Shown: positions 1 to 9,970, numbered from the stretch's first letter. The stretch is DNA of 32,151 nt from an uncultured Candidatus Saccharibacteria bacterium (GCA_964373725.1 CAYJVW010000001.1:18192-50342); one strand, 5' to 3'. Notes: generated by a model from the sequence alone, not told the origin. Numbers and translations: made by a program.

Positions 1-1
1 T

Positions 2-376
2 ATGGAACAAGATCAGATATTCCTCGAATATGTAGTAAGGGCGCTCGTCGATAACCCGAACGACGTCAAGATAAATAGAACAGTCGATGAGATGGGCGTT
101 CTCCTTACGCTTTCAGTACATAAGGACGACATGGGAAAGATTATCGGACGAAGCGGGGCAACCGCGAAAGCGATCCGTACGATCCTTCGCGTCGTTGGCA
201 TGAAGAACGAGGCGCGTGTCAATTTGAAAATCGAAGAGCCGGAAGGATCAGAGCGAGGGTTCCGAGACGTCGCTACGAGCGATACGGGAGGCTATACGCA
301 CGCACCGAAAGCGCGCCAAGAATCGCCGAAAGATAAGTCGTTGGATGATGTGCTCGATAACCTCAAGAGTGAGTGA
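2..376 (+). CDS. KH-domain RNA-binding protein (UPF0109/YlqC-like) with a low-complexity C-terminal tail
   Basis: The N-terminal ~80 aa follow the single-KH pattern (LVDNPNDVKI...DDMGKIIGRSGATAKAIRTIL, GxxG loop = GRSG). The gene sits just upstream of trmD, as in the conserved rpsP-KH-rimM-trmD cluster. The ATG is at position 2, so it appears full length. Confidence 0.8.
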   Translation: MEQDQIFLEYVVRALVDNPNDVKINRTVDEMGVLLTLSVHKDDMGKIIGRSGATAKAIRTILRVVGMKNEARVNLKIEEPEGSERGFRDVATSDTGGYTHAPKARQESPKDKSLDDVLDNLKSE

Positions 377-382
377 TCGTCA

Positions 383-459
383 AGCGGTTAGCGTTCAGCG
401 TATAGAAAATAAGGGTTCTTGCCTCACTCGACGCTAGTCGCTAAACGCTTTACGCTACC
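383..459. repeat. Family A hairpin element (AGCG/CGCT word array) ending 3 nt before the trmD ATG
   Basis: It starts AGCGGTTAGCGT, contains CAGCGTATAGAAAA and ends CTAAACGCTTTACGCTACC. The same three blocks occur in the same order at 24492..24562. The left-arm AGCG words are complementary to the right-arm CGCT words. Confidence 0.6.
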
Positions 460-462
460 TTC

Positions 463-1188
463 ATGCTTCACTTCCATATCATCACTCTCTTTCCCGACTC
501 GATAGAAGCGTATCTTTCGAGTTCGATTTTGGGGAGAGCGAGAGAGAAGAGGCTGGTCAAAATTTCGTACTACGATCCAAAAAAGTACGCCGTGGGCAAG
601 CATAGACGGGTAGATCAACGGCCGTATGGCGGCGGACCCGGCATGGTGCTTGAGCCAACCGCGATGCTGCGAGCGTCCGCGGCGGCGCTAAAAAAGGCGT
701 CGATGTCAAGGCGTCGCCTTGACAGTGGGCGGCCAAAAAAACCAGAAATTATTTTCTTTACGACAGACGGGGTGCAATTCGATGAAGCGATGGCGAAGAA
801 ACTTGCAAACCCCATTAGAGCCCGCGGTCGCAAACGACCTGCCTCTAACGGGGCAGGGAAGAAAGACATCCTACTTATTTGCGGAAGATATGAGGGCGTG
901 GACGCGCGAGTTCCGAAAATTCTTAAAGCAAAATCTGTCACGGTCGGGCCATACGTTTTAACTGGCGGTGAATTGCCGGCAGCAATTCTTGTTGATGCAG
1001 TGGCGCGTTTCGTTCCCGGGGTTCTCGGAAAAGCCGAATCACTCGAGCGCTCTCGCGTCTCAAGCCCCGAAGTCTACACGCGGCCCGAGACGCTCGTTTG
1101 GAAAGGGAAGAAATATAAGGTTCCAAATGTATTGTTAACAGGGCATCATGCGAAGATTGATGAGTGGAAGACGAAGCAAAGCAAGTAG
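463..1188 (+). CDS. trmD: tRNA (guanine37-N1)-methyltransferase TrmD
   Basis: SPOUT/TrmD motifs are present: RPYGGGPGMVL, ICGRYEGVDARV and LTGGELPAAILVDAV. There is a ~20 aa basic insertion (NPIRARGRKRPASNGAGKKD). Confidence 0.92.
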   Translation: MLHFHIITLFPDSIEAYLSSSILGRAREKRLVKISYYDPKKYAVGKHRRVDQRPYGGGPGMVLEPTAMLRASAAALKKASMSRRRLDSGRPKKPEIIFFTTDGVQFDEAMAKKLANPIRARGRKRPASNGAGKKDILLICGRYEGVDARVPKILKAKSVTVGPYVLTGGELPAAILVDAVARFVPGVLGKAESLERSRVSSPEVYTRPETLVWKGKKYKVPNVLLTGHHAKIDEWKTKQSK

Positions 1189-1242
1189 TTGCTGTCACAA
1201 TTTACGTGTGATACAAGGCTTGCGGTGTGAACCCCGGCAACC

Positions 1243-1461
1243 ATGGAAGGAAAGCCGATGAAGATCGAGCTGGATATCACTGGAATGGCGAATGCGTTGA
1301 AGATTAGCGAAGAACAAGTTCTTCAAGAGCTTTGGCTCAATCGACCCGACCACAATAACATTGACTACTGTGTGGACGGTGCGCTCGATGAGCAAGATCT
1401 GAGCACGAGAAGAGGTTGGTTTTTGCGAGTCGCTTCGCATTTTGTCCGGCGGATCGAATGA
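1243..1461 (+). CDS. Hypothetical small acidic protein (72 aa)
   Basis: The ORF has a coding-like codon pattern and lies co-directionally downstream of trmD. I recognise no family. Confidence 0.35.
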   Translation: MEGKPMKIELDITGMANALKISEEQVLQELWLNRPDHNNIDYCVDGALDEQDLSTRRGWFLRVASHFVRRIE

Positions 1462-1523
1462 TCTGCGCTGGGGGAGGGCGGCCGCTTGCGGTCGCCTTCC
1501 CATATGGGTGCTCGTCAAAACTA

Positions 1524-1576
1524 CAAAGGGTAACCCTTTGGGATGTTCCACAAAGGGTTACCCTTTGTGGAAACAC
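1524..1576. repeat. Family D palindrome doublet (CAAAGGGT-N-ACCCTTTG, two copies)
   Basis: Copies are at 1524..1540 and 1548..1570 (CCACAAAGGGT-T-ACCCTTTGTGG, 11 bp arms). The reverse complement of 1548..1576 is identical over 29 nt to 23565..23593. Confidence 0.75.
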
Positions 1577-1746
1577 CTCGGAACTTTCATGCCATGATTT
1601 CGGTATGGAACCAACATGGAATACCGTATACGACACGAACTTGATTACTTGTCAAGGTAGACAGCATTTCTGGGACTGGTACACTCCTCGGACATTTGCT
1701 GATTCTCGATTGTGTTGCGGTTGGTTTTTGAATAAGCAAAAAAGAA

Positions 1747-1768
1747 GCCTGTAGTCAGGCACTTTTTA
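1747..1768 (+). terminator. Possible short intrinsic terminator
   Basis: An A-tract is followed by GCCTG-TAGT-CAGGC and then ACTTTTTAT. The stem is only 5 bp, so this is weak. It lies upstream of the rpoB promoter region. Confidence 0.3.
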
Positions 1769-1888
1769 TAAGGTTGTGAGCAGGTAGCGAGAATCACAGG
1801 TAAGTGCCCGCACAAAATTTTTGCTGCGCAAAAATTTAGGCGGTTCTAAGAGCTTCTAAACTCGCTGCGCTCGTTAAGAATCTCTAAG

Positions 1889-4800
1889 ATGGCAAAAACT
1901 AAGGGGGCAAAACCGCAGAAATTCTTCGGGCGCTTTAAGAAACCACTCGTTGAATTGCCGAATCTCGTCGAGTCGCAGCTCGAATCGTTTCGGCAGTTCG
2001 TGGGGAGCGGCGCCGAGAAGGTCTTCAAAGAATTTTCTCCGATCACTGATCACGCGAACAAAAAATTCGAGCTGACGCTCACGAAGTTCACCTTCGGAGC
2101 TGTGCGTTGGGACGAGCACTACGCGAAACGCATGATGCGCACCTACGAAGCGCCGCTCTCGATGGTCGCTAAATTGAAGAACAAAACGACGGGCGAAGAG
2201 CGGGAGCAGGAAATTTTCCTCGCAGATTTTCCATGGATGACCGTGCATGGCACGTTCATCATCAACGGCGTCGAGCGCATCGTCGTGCCGCAGCTCGCGC
2301 GTTCCTACGGCGTCTTTTTCGAGAGCGTTCCGTATAAAGGAAAGAACTATTTTGCGGCAAAAATCATACCGGCCCGCGGCGTGTGGATAGAGATCGAATC
2401 AGATGCGGACGGCGGGATGTATGTGAAGATAGACCGCAAACGCCGTTTTCCGGTTACGTCGCTTCTGCGGGTTCTCGGCCTCAACACGGACAAAGAAATG
2501 CTTGCCCGTTTCGAAAAATCGCCTGCGGCAAAAGATACGATCGCGGCAACGCTTGAGCATGACAGTGCGAAAACTGTCGAGGAAGCGTGCGTGGAAATTT
2601 ATCGCCGTCTTCGCGACGGCGACATAGCGACACCCGAATCCGCTCGCGACCATGTCGCATCCATCCTCTCTCCAGAGCGTTACGATCTTTCGCGCGTCGG
2701 CCGTTTTCATTTCAATCGTAGGTTCGGGGGTCCGATCGGCGAGAAAAATCTTACCGCGTCTGCACTTTCGCAGGATGATATCGTCCGCATCGTAACCCAC
2801 ATCGCGGAGCAGAACGTGGATCCTCTCGCGCAGCCGGATGACATCGACCACCTCGGTTTCCGACGCGTTCGTTTTGTGGGCGAACTTCTCGAGCAGCGCA
2901 TGCGCATCGGCCTTTCTCGCATGAAGCGAAATATCCAGGACAGAATGGCGATGGTGGACGCCGACACGGTGCTCCCCGTGCAATTCGTAAACCCACGACC
3001 GTTCCAAGCTTCTATCCGCGAATTTTTCACGACAGACCAACTCTCGCAGCTGATGCAGCAGTACAACACCCTCGACGAGATCGAGCACTTGCGCACGCTC
3101 TCGACGCTTGGTCGCGGCGGTCTCACCAGCGAGCGCGCAGGACTCGAAGTGCGTGACGTGCACGCGTCGCACTATGGCCGCGTCTGCCCGATCCATACGC
3201 CGGAAGGAAAGAACATCGGCCTCGTCTTGCATATGAGTCTCTTTGCCCGTCCGAATGAATTTGGCATCATCGAGACGCCGTACGCGAAAGTCGAGAAAGG
3301 ACGCGTGACCGAGAAAATCGTGTATTTGAATGCGATCGAAGAAGAGCGCTACGCCATCGCGCACGCGGGAGTCGAAACGGACAAAGATGGACGCATCGTT
3401 GAAAAAACGGTTGAAGTTCGAAAGGAAGGCGAACCAACGCTCGTCGAGCAGGGCGACGTGAACTACATGGAAGTTGCGACGAACCAGCCGTTTTCTGTCG
3501 CCACATCCTTGATTCCGTTCGTCGAGAATGACGACGCGAACCGCGCGCTCATGGGTTCAAACATGCAAAAGCAGGCGGTGCCCCTGGTGGTACCGGAGAG
3601 CCCTGTTGTTGCGACAGGCATTGAGGCGGAAGCTGCGCGAGATTCGGGCAGACTCGTGTTGGCCGAAGAAGGCGGCGAAATCACATACTCTGATGCGCGG
3701 CTCATAAAAGTGAAAAATGCAGATGGCAAGACGAAGGACTACGAACTTGTAAATTTTTCTCGGACGAACGGCTTTACAACATTCCATCAGCGGCCGACCG
3801 TTTCCGTCGGAGACACCGTGAAGCGCGGTGCGGTGCTTGCGGATGCGTCCACGTCCGTAGGCGGGCAACTTGCGATAGGACAGAACGTTCGCGTCGCATT
3901 TCTTCCATGGTTCGGCGCGAACTACGAAGATGCCATCGTCATTTCAGAGCGGCTTGCAAAAGAGGCTCGCTTCACCTCTATCCACATGGAGGAATTTATC
4001 TGTGTTGTGCGCGATACGAAACTCGGGCCCGAGGTGACGACGCACGACATCCCGAACGTATCAGAATTCAAACTGCGCAATCTCGACGAGGAGGGAATCA
4101 TCCGGATCGGCGCCGAAGTGCGCCCCGGTGATATTTTGGTAGGTAAGGTGACGCCGAAAGGAGAAACGCAGCTCACACCGGAAGAGCGCCTTCTCCACGC
4201 GATCTTTGGAGAGAAAGCGAAGGACGTGAAAGATACGTCGCTTCGCATGGACGGCGGCAAACGCGGACGCATCGTCGGCGTCAAAGTATTTTCGCGAGAG
4301 ACAGGCGATCAACTGGAGAGCGGCGTCATCAAGCGCGTGCATGTCGAAGTCGCACAGCTGCGGACAATTTCAGTGGGCGATAAGCTGGCCGGGCGGCACG
4401 GCAACAAGGGCGTCATCTCGCGCGTTTTGCCTGAAGAAGACATGCCGTACGATGAAAACGGAAATCCTGTCGATATTATTCTGACGCCGCTTGGCGTGCC
4501 GTCGCGTATGAACTTGGGACAAATTCTCGAGCTCCACCTCGGGCTCGCAGCGCATGCACTGGGTTATCAGGCCGTCGTGCCGTCGTTTGCCGGCGCGACA
4601 GAAGACGAGATCCGCGACGAGTTGAAGAAGGCGGGTTTCAGCGAGACGGGTAAGTTCACGCTCTTTGATGGCCGTACCGGCGAAGCGTTTGCGCAGCCGG
4701 TATCGGTAGGCGTCATGTACATGCTGAAACTCCATCACATGGTGGAAGACAAGATCCACATGCGCTCGATCGGTCCGTATTCCTTGACGACGCAGCAGCC

Positions 4801-5101
4801 ACTCGGCGGCAAAGCGCAGAACGGCGGCCAGCGAGTGGGAGAAATGGAAGTCTGGGCTTTCTTAGGCTACGGCGCCGCGCACAGTTTGCGCGAAATTCTC
4901 ACGATAAAATCCGACGACATCTTGGGCCGCTCTGCCGCGTTCGATGCGATCGTCTCCGGCGAGCGCATAGAAGAAACGAATACTCCAGCGACATTCAACG
5001 TGCTCGTGCGACATTTGAGAGGACTCGGTATAGATATTGAATTTAAGGAAGATGGAGGTGCGGGGTTACAAAAATACGAAACTCGAAATCCTAAATCCTG
5101 A
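1889..5101 (+). CDS. rpoB: DNA-directed RNA polymerase subunit beta
   Basis: 1070 aa ORF with conserved blocks FFGTSQLSQ-like (FFTTDQLSQLMQQ), GRHGNKGVIS and MYMLKLHHMVEDK. It is a minimal-size beta subunit without large lineage insertions. Confidence 0.97.
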   Translation: MAKTKGAKPQKFFGRFKKPLVELPNLVESQLESFRQFVGSGAEKVFKEFSPITDHANKKFELTLTKFTFGAVRWDEHYAKRMMRTYEAPLSMVAKLKNKTTGEEREQEIFLADFPWMTVHGTFIINGVERIVVPQLARSYGVFFESVPYKGKNYFAAKIIPARGVWIEIESDADGGMYVKIDRKRRFPVTSLLRVLGLNTDKEMLARFEKSPAAKDTIAATLEHDSAKTVEEACVEIYRRLRDGDIATPESARDHVASILSPERYDLSRVGRFHFNRRFGGPIGEKNLTASALSQDDIVRIVTHIAEQNVDPLAQPDDIDHLGFRRVRFVGELLEQRMRIGLSRMKRNIQDRMAMVDADTVLPVQFVNPRPFQASIREFFTTDQLSQLMQQYNTLDEIEHLRTLSTLGRGGLTSERAGLEVRDVHASHYGRVCPIHTPEGKNIGLVLHMSLFARPNEFGIIETPYAKVEKGRVTEKIVYLNAIEEERYAIAHAGVETDKDGRIVEKTVEVRKEGEPTLVEQGDVNYMEVATNQPFSVATSLIPFVENDDANRALMGSNMQKQAVPLVVPESPVVATGIEAEAARDSGRLVLAEEGGEITYSDARLIKVKNADGKTKDYELVNFSRTNGFTTFHQRPTVSVGDTVKRGAVLADASTSVGGQLAIGQNVRVAFLPWFGANYEDAIVISERLAKEARFTSIHMEEFICVVRDTKLGPEVTTHDIPNVSEFKLRNLDEEGIIRIGAEVRPGDILVGKVTPKGETQLTPEERLLHAIFGEKAKDVKDTSLRMDGGKRGRIVGVKVFSRETGDQLESGVIKRVHVEVAQLRTISVGDKLAGRHGNKGVISRVLPEEDMPYDENGNPVDIILTPLGVPSRMNLGQILELHLGLAAHALGYQAVVPSFAGATEDEIRDELKKAGFSETGKFTLFDGRTGEAFAQPVSVGVMYMLKLHHMVEDKIHMRSIGPYSLTTQQPLGGKAQNGGQRVGEMEVWAFLGYGAAHSLREILTIKSDDILGRSAAFDAIVSGERIEETNTPATFNVLVRHLRGLGIDIEFKEDGGAGLQKYETRNPKS

Positions 5102-5184
5102 ACAAATTCAAAATATGAAATCAGAAATCAAAAAAGAGAGCATTTGTTTAGAGTTTAGATATTAGAAATTAGAATTTACTTTTT

Positions 5185-8100
5185 ATGCAGAAGAAAAAAG
5201 ACATGATTCCCCAGCACTTCGACGCGGTTTCGATGCGGCTCGCATCTCCCGATCGTGTGTTGGATTGGTCGCACGGTGAGATAACGAAACCCGAAACCAT
5301 CAACTACCGCACGCAGCGGCCGGAAAAAAACGGTCTTTTCGACGAACGCGTATTCGGACCGGAAAAAGATTATGAATGTTACTGCGGCAAGTATCGCGGC
5401 ATACGATTCCGCGGCATTATCTGCGAGAAGTGCGGCGTCGAGATAACGCGAGCGATAGTCCGCCGCGAGCGCATGGGCCACGTCGATCTTGCGTCCCCCA
5501 TTGCGCACATTTGGTTCCTCCGCGGTATTCCTTCGCGCATTGCCTTGATGCTCGGCCTCTCTGCGGCCGACGTCGAGAAAGTCGTCTACTTCGCGGGCTA
5601 CATTGTGACGCAAGTCGAAGAGACGGAGCGCACGCGCCTCCTCAAAGATCTTGACCAGGAATTCAAGGCGAAAACGTCCTCCGCGAATGCAGACGAGAAA
5701 ACACGCTTGAAGGAGTTGGCGTTGAAAGCAAAGAAAGAGATTGAATCGATACGCGATGGCGTCGTTCTGGACGAAGCGGCGTACCATCTCTTTGCGGTCA
5801 AATACGGCGCGATGTTTCGCGCATCAATAGGCGCGGAAGCGCTCTACAATATCCTGAAGCGCGTTGATCTCACAAAACTCATCAAGGAATTGAAATCCGA
5901 ATACGAGACGGCTCCGGCGGCCGAGCGCGACAAACTTCGCAAACGGCTGGCGCTCGCCGAAAGTTTGGAGCGAGCCGGCGTGCGGCCGGAGTGGATGTTC
6001 ATGACGCGGCTTCCCGTGGTGCCTCCCGCCCTGCGGCCGATGGTCGCGCTTGAAGGTGGCCGTCACGCATCGTCTGATCTGAACGATCTCTACCGCCGCG
6101 TCATCAACAGAAACAATCGGCTGAAACGCTTGCTGGCTATTCACGCGCCCGAAGTCATCCTTCGCAATGAAAAGCGGATCTTGCAGGAAGCCGTGGACGC
6201 GCTTCTCGACAACTCAATGCGGCGCGGCAGCGGAGTCCTCGGAATTTTGGGAGGCCGTCGGCGCGCGTTGAAATCGCTCGCTGATTATCTGAAGGGAAAG
6301 CACGGTTATCTTCGCCAGAACTTGCTCGGCAAACGAGTCGACTACTCTGGCCGCTCGGTCATCGTCGTTGGTCCTGATCTTGCGCTCGATGAGTGCGGAC
6401 TGCCGAAACATATGGTCTTGGAGTTGTTCCGCCCGTTCGTCATCGCGGGTCTCCTCGCGCGCGAGCATGCGTACAACATCCGCGGCGCGGGGCGTCTCAT
6501 CGAAGACGAAGCGCCGGAAGTGTGGCCTATTCTTGAAGACGCCATCAAGGGCAAGTACGTGCTTTTGAACCGCGCGCCTACTCTGCATCGTCAATCTATC
6601 CAAGCGTTCAAGCCGGTCTTGATTGAAGGTAATGCAATTCAAGTTCACCCTCTCGTCTGTCCCGCATACAACGCCGACTTCGACGGAGACGCGATGGCCG
6701 TGCACGTGCCGCTCTCGGAAGAGGCGCAGATGGAAGCTGAAAAGATAATGTCAGCCAACAAGAACGTATTGAAGCCGGGAAGCGGCGACGTTGTCGTCGC
6801 GTCCAAATTGCTCGATATCGTGCTCGGCTGCTATTGGATGACGAGAGCGGTTCCCGGCGCGAAAGGAGAGGGAAGCGCGTTTCCTTCGACCAATGCCGCC
6901 ATCACCGCATACGATTTCCGCGCGGTTGATATTCGCGCGCCGATCAAAGTCCTGCCATCGGATAGTCAGAAGTACGCCGCATTTGGTGGAAAGGTGTTTG
7001 AGACGACAGTGGGGCGGCTCTTGTTCAACTCCGTTCTCCCGAGCGATTTTCCATTTTTGAATGAAGAGATCACCAACAAGCGTATGGCGAACTTGGTTCA
7101 CAACCTGGTGAATCACTATTCGCTCGACGGCATTCCGGTCATTCTCGATAAGATAAAGGCATTCGGATTCCGCTACGCGACGCACGCCGGAATCACATGG
7201 TCGCTCGGAGACGTGAAAGTTCCTAAACAAAAAGAGAAATTGGTGAAAGAAGGGCGCGCTGCCGTTCTGAAAGAGCGCGAGAACTACGAGAACGGCCTTC
7301 TTACCGACGAAGAGCGAAAGCGCATGACCATCGAGATATGGGGCCAGGTATCGAGCGACCTGCGGAAGCACGTGTTGGAAGAGCTCGACCAGCAAGGTCC
7401 GGTTCATAACATGATCACATCCGGCGCGCGCGGTTCGGCAGTGCAGCTGCACCAAATGGCCGGCATGAAAGGTCTCATCACGAACCCGCGCGGAGAGATC
7501 ATCGAATTTCCTATCACCTCGTCTTTGAAAGAAGGCTTGACGCCTATCGAATACTTCATCTCAACACATGGCGCGCGAAAAGGATTAGCCGACACCGCGC
7601 TCAACACCGCGCGCGCTGGCTACCTCACGCGCCGGCTTTTCGATGTTGCGCACGATGTCGTTACGCTCGAAGATGATTGCGGCACCAAAGAAGGCGCTAC
7701 GATTCTGCGGCCAGGAAAAGAAAATATCGGCGGCTCATTTGCGGATCGCGTCGTGGGCCGCGTGCTCGCGGAAGATATTGAGTCGTCTGATAAAAAAGCA
7801 TCGTTCAAGCGAAATCATCTTCTCACGCGCGACGATGCACAGGCGATCGAATCGAGCGACGCAAAGTTGGCCATCGTTCGCTCTCCGATGACATGCAAGG
7901 TGTATCGAGGCGTATGCCAGAAGTGCTACGGCACAGACCTTACGACTGGCGAGATGGTTGATCTCGGCGAAGCGGTCGGCGTCATTGCCGCGCAGGCGAT
8001 TGGCGAGCCGGGCACGCAGCTCACCATGCGCACATTCCACACGGGAGGCGTTGCGACTGCGGGCGGCGACATCACTATGGGCTTGCCTCGTGTTGAAGAA

Positions 8101-8883
8101 GTGTTTGAAAGCCGCATGCCGAAGCTCCCCGCGACTATAGCGCGGGTCTCGGGCACGGTAGGCGACATCGTTCGCGACGGCCAAGAGACGATTCTAACGA
8201 TTCTTCCAGAGGAAGTTTCCAGCAAAACCGGCAAGGCGGCAAAGAAAGAAACCGAATACCGCGTGCATCCCGCCCGTCAGATCCTCGTAAAAGGGGGTGA
8301 TGCAGTGCAGAAAGGCGACTTCCTTACCGACGGCTCTGCTGATATTGAAGAACTCTTTCTTCTTGCAGGCAAGGAAACGACGCAGCAATACATCATCAAC
8401 GAAATCACGCGCATTTACGAATTGCAGGGTGTTTCCACTGCGCGCAAGCATCTCGAGATCATCGTGAAGCAGATGTTCTCGCGCATGTCTGTCATATCGA
8501 CGGGCGATACAAGAATTTCCGCCGGCGATATCATCGCCGATTTCGAATTCGACCGCTTGAATCGAGAAATGAAAGCTGCGGACAAAGAGCCGGCAAAGGG
8601 CAAAGCGCTTCTACTCGGCATCACGGAAGTTTCCCTCACGCGCGCATCGTTCCTCTCTGCTATCTCATTCCAAAACACGCCTCGCAAACTTGCCGAAGCC
8701 GCCGTTTCGGGCGCTGTCGACCGACTTGTGGGTCTCAAAGAAAACGTCATCATCGGTCGCCTCATTCCCGCGGGAACCGGCTTCAAGGGCAGCAAGAAGC
8801 ACGCCATGATCACCGAATTGCAGGAAAAACTTGCGCAAGAAGGTGCGGCAGCGGAGAGCGACGAACAGCCGAAGGCAGTGTAA
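5185..8883 (+). CDS. rpoC: DNA-directed RNA polymerase subunit beta-prime
   Basis: 1232 aa ORF with an N-terminal zinc motif (CYCGKY...CEKCGVE), the catalytic [12 protein letters not shown] motif and trigger-loop/bridge-helix blocks. It lies directly downstream of rpoB. Confidence 0.97.
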   Translation: MQKKKDMIPQHFDAVSMRLASPDRVLDWSHGEITKPETINYRTQRPEKNGLFDERVFGPEKDYECYCGKYRGIRFRGIICEKCGVEITRAIVRRERMGHVDLASPIAHIWFLRGIPSRIALMLGLSAADVEKVVYFAGYIVTQVEETERTRLLKDLDQEFKAKTSSANADEKTRLKELALKAKKEIESIRDGVVLDEAAYHLFAVKYGAMFRASIGAEALYNILKRVDLTKLIKELKSEYETAPAAERDKLRKRLALAESLERAGVRPEWMFMTRLPVVPPALRPMVALEGGRHASSDLNDLYRRVINRNNRLKRLLAIHAPEVILRNEKRILQEAVDALLDNSMRRGSGVLGILGGRRRALKSLADYLKGKHGYLRQNLLGKRVDYSGRSVIVVGPDLALDECGLPKHMVLELFRPFVIAGLLAREHAYNIRGAGRLIEDEAPEVWPILEDAIKGKYVLLNRAPTLHRQSIQAFKPVLIEGNAIQVHPLVCPAYNADFDGDAMAVHVPLSEEAQMEAEKIMSANKNVLKPGSGDVVVASKLLDIVLGCYWMTRAVPGAKGEGSAFPSTNAAITAYDFRAVDIRAPIKVLPSDSQKYAAFGGKVFETTVGRLLFNSVLPSDFPFLNEEITNKRMANLVHNLVNHYSLDGIPVILDKIKAFGFRYATHAGITWSLGDVKVPKQKEKLVKEGRAAVLKERENYENGLLTDEERKRMTIEIWGQVSSDLRKHVLEELDQQGPVHNMITSGARGSAVQLHQMAGMKGLITNPRGEIIEFPITSSLKEGLTPIEYFISTHGARKGLADTALNTARAGYLTRRLFDVAHDVVTLEDDCGTKEGATILRPGKENIGGSFADRVVGRVLAEDIESSDKKASFKRNHLLTRDDAQAIESSDAKLAIVRSPMTCKVYRGVCQKCYGTDLTTGEMVDLGEAVGVIAAQAIGEPGTQLTMRTFHTGGVATAGGDITMGLPRVEEVFESRMPKLPATIARVSGTVGDIVRDGQETILTILPEEVSSKTGKAAKKETEYRVHPARQILVKGGDAVQKGDFLTDGSADIEELFLLAGKETTQQYIINEITRIYELQGVSTARKHLEIIVKQMFSRMSVISTGDTRISAGDIIADFEFDRLNREMKAADKEPAKGKALLLGITEVSLTRASFLSAISFQNTPRKLAEAAVSGAVDRLVGLKENVIIGRLIPAGTGFKGSKKHAMITELQEKLAQEGAAAESDEQPKAV

Positions 8884-8905
8884 GTTCGAATTACAAAACG
8901 CTTTC

Positions 8906-8936
8906 CCCGCCTGCGCCGAGGCTTCGGTGGGCAGGT
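8906..8936. repeat. Family F GC-rich hairpin repeat
   Basis: CCCGCCTGCGCCGAGGCTTCGGTGGGCAGGT matches the reverse complement of 20028..20061 at about 30 of 33 positions. It has an internal CCGA-GGCT-TCGG hairpin. Confidence 0.55.
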
Positions 8937-9144
8937 CGGCACAGGGTCTTCGTCGCCGCAGAGTATTTTGGCGGAGGAATGGCTCATACCGCCAAAATAC
9001 CCTGCTGTGACTCCGCCCTAAGTGGCGCACTTTCAAGGTTTCTAAAGATTCTGCCGATCCAAACAACTCTGCGGGCAGGAAGTCGTTGCGGCTCATTTCT
9101 GCCGAAACGAGCCGCCAGGCAGGTATATCAGAGGTATCACTGCT

Positions 9145-9648
9145 CTAGCGCTTCAGCTTCAAACCGTCCAATTTTTTTCTTAGTTCAATTGCCTGATCTA
9201 ATAGATTTTTGAGCGACTTTATTTTTTCTTCTGAATCCCTTACTTTCTTTTCACCGTTCGCGATGCCACTTTCGACATCTCTTCTTGTGTCTCTTATGAA
9301 GTTGCGTGTTTTCTCATCCAAACCAGATTCATCTGTCCCCCTTGTCAGTTTTTGTATTTCTGTCTCGATTTGTTGTCGAAGCCTCTTTGCTTCTTCAAGA
9401 TCTTTTTTCATACCTTCAAGTACCTTCTCTGATTTTTGATATGTGCCACTTAATTCGTTAATTAATTTATCAAGTTTCTCTTTATTTTTTTGCTCAAAAA
9501 ATTTCCTCGGATCGTCCTTCGGCTGTATTTGTTCGATTTCTTTAGGAACAGCAGCAAAAGACGCCGACGGATCATGCGTCAACAACTGAAACGCGCTCAC
9601 AGCCGCTAAAATCTTATTCCAACCCCCCCCGCTTTGTTTTTCCAGCAT
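9145..9648 (-). CDS. Hypothetical coiled-coil protein (167 aa)
   Basis: A charged, heptad-like K/E/L-rich sequence follows a short hydrophobic N-terminus. I recognise no family. Confidence 0.55.
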   Translation of the reverse strand: MLEKQSGGGWNKILAAVSAFQLLTHDPSASFAAVPKEIEQIQPKDDPRKFFEQKNKEKLDKLINELSGTYQKSEKVLEGMKKDLEEAKRLRQQIETEIQKLTRGTDESGLDEKTRNFIRDTRRDVESGIANGEKKVRDSEEKIKSLKNLLDQAIELRKKLDGLKLKR

Positions 9649-9725
9649 AACTTTGTGTTTACTGATTGGCTAATGGGCTAATTCTAGCACTATTCTTTCA
9701 AATACGGACTTACGAAGTCCGTAAA

Positions 9726-9944
9726 TCATGATGGGTTTCGTAAACCCGTCATGTACCGCGCGTGTTCTCGCGCTCCTTCCTTAGCGAGCCAGCCGTTTTT
9801 TACGAGCGTTGCGAGATAGCGGGATGCGGTTGCGTCGGAGACATGCAGGAGTTTCTCGACATCATCGTTTGTGATCGACTGGTGTTTCGCTGCGAACGCT
9901 AGTATTTTTTGTAATTTAACTTCCCTGGCTTGTGCCAGTAGCAT
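9726..9944 (-). CDS. Small winged-helix/HTH DNA-binding protein (72 aa)
   Basis: ITNDDVEKLLHVSDATASRYLATLVKNGWL is a typical HTH plus wing pattern (DeoR-like or Fic C-terminal-like). The last 8 codons are supplied by a degenerate REP hairpin. Confidence 0.5.
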   Translation of the reverse strand: MLLAQAREVKLQKILAFAAKHQSITNDDVEKLLHVSDATASRYLATLVKNGWLAKEGAREHARYMTGLRNPS

Positions 9945-9949
9945 TGATG

Positions 9950-9970
9950 TATGGACTTACGAAGTCCATA
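9950..9970. repeat. REP hairpin (TATGGACTT-ACG-AAGTCCATA)
   Basis: Perfect 9 bp stem and 3 nt loop, 1 nt downstream of the RAYT stop codon. Confidence 0.75.

Noticed and set aside
1-1188. Broken synteny: KH-trmD without rimM/rplS, and rpoB not preceded by rplJ-rplL
   Set aside because: This is a real observation, but gene-order shuffling of this kind is common in reduced genomes and does not by itself indicate a new feature.
1416-1754. 112 aa + strand ORF spanning the family D palindromes
   Set aside because: Its N-terminal two thirds are translated palindrome (QRVTLW/QRVTLC artefact). Only the distal 49 codons are kept as a low-confidence micro-ORF finding.
2399-3364. 321 aa ORF antisense to rpoB
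   Set aside because: It lies entirely inside the strongly supported rpoB frame. It has an Arg/His-rich, low-complexity composition typical of shadow ORFs and no recognisable motifs.
8881-8900. GTTCGAAT string resembling a tRNA T-loop just after rpoC
   Set aside because: There is no flanking T-stem, acceptor stem or anticodon arm. No cloverleaf can be drawn, and I found no tRNA elsewhere in the window either.
9075-9125. AGCCGCCAGGCAGG resembling the 3' side of SRP RNA helix 8
   Set aside because: The matching 5' side (GUCAGGUCC-GGAA) and a closing GNRA tetraloop helix are absent, so the resemblance is too short to be meaningful.
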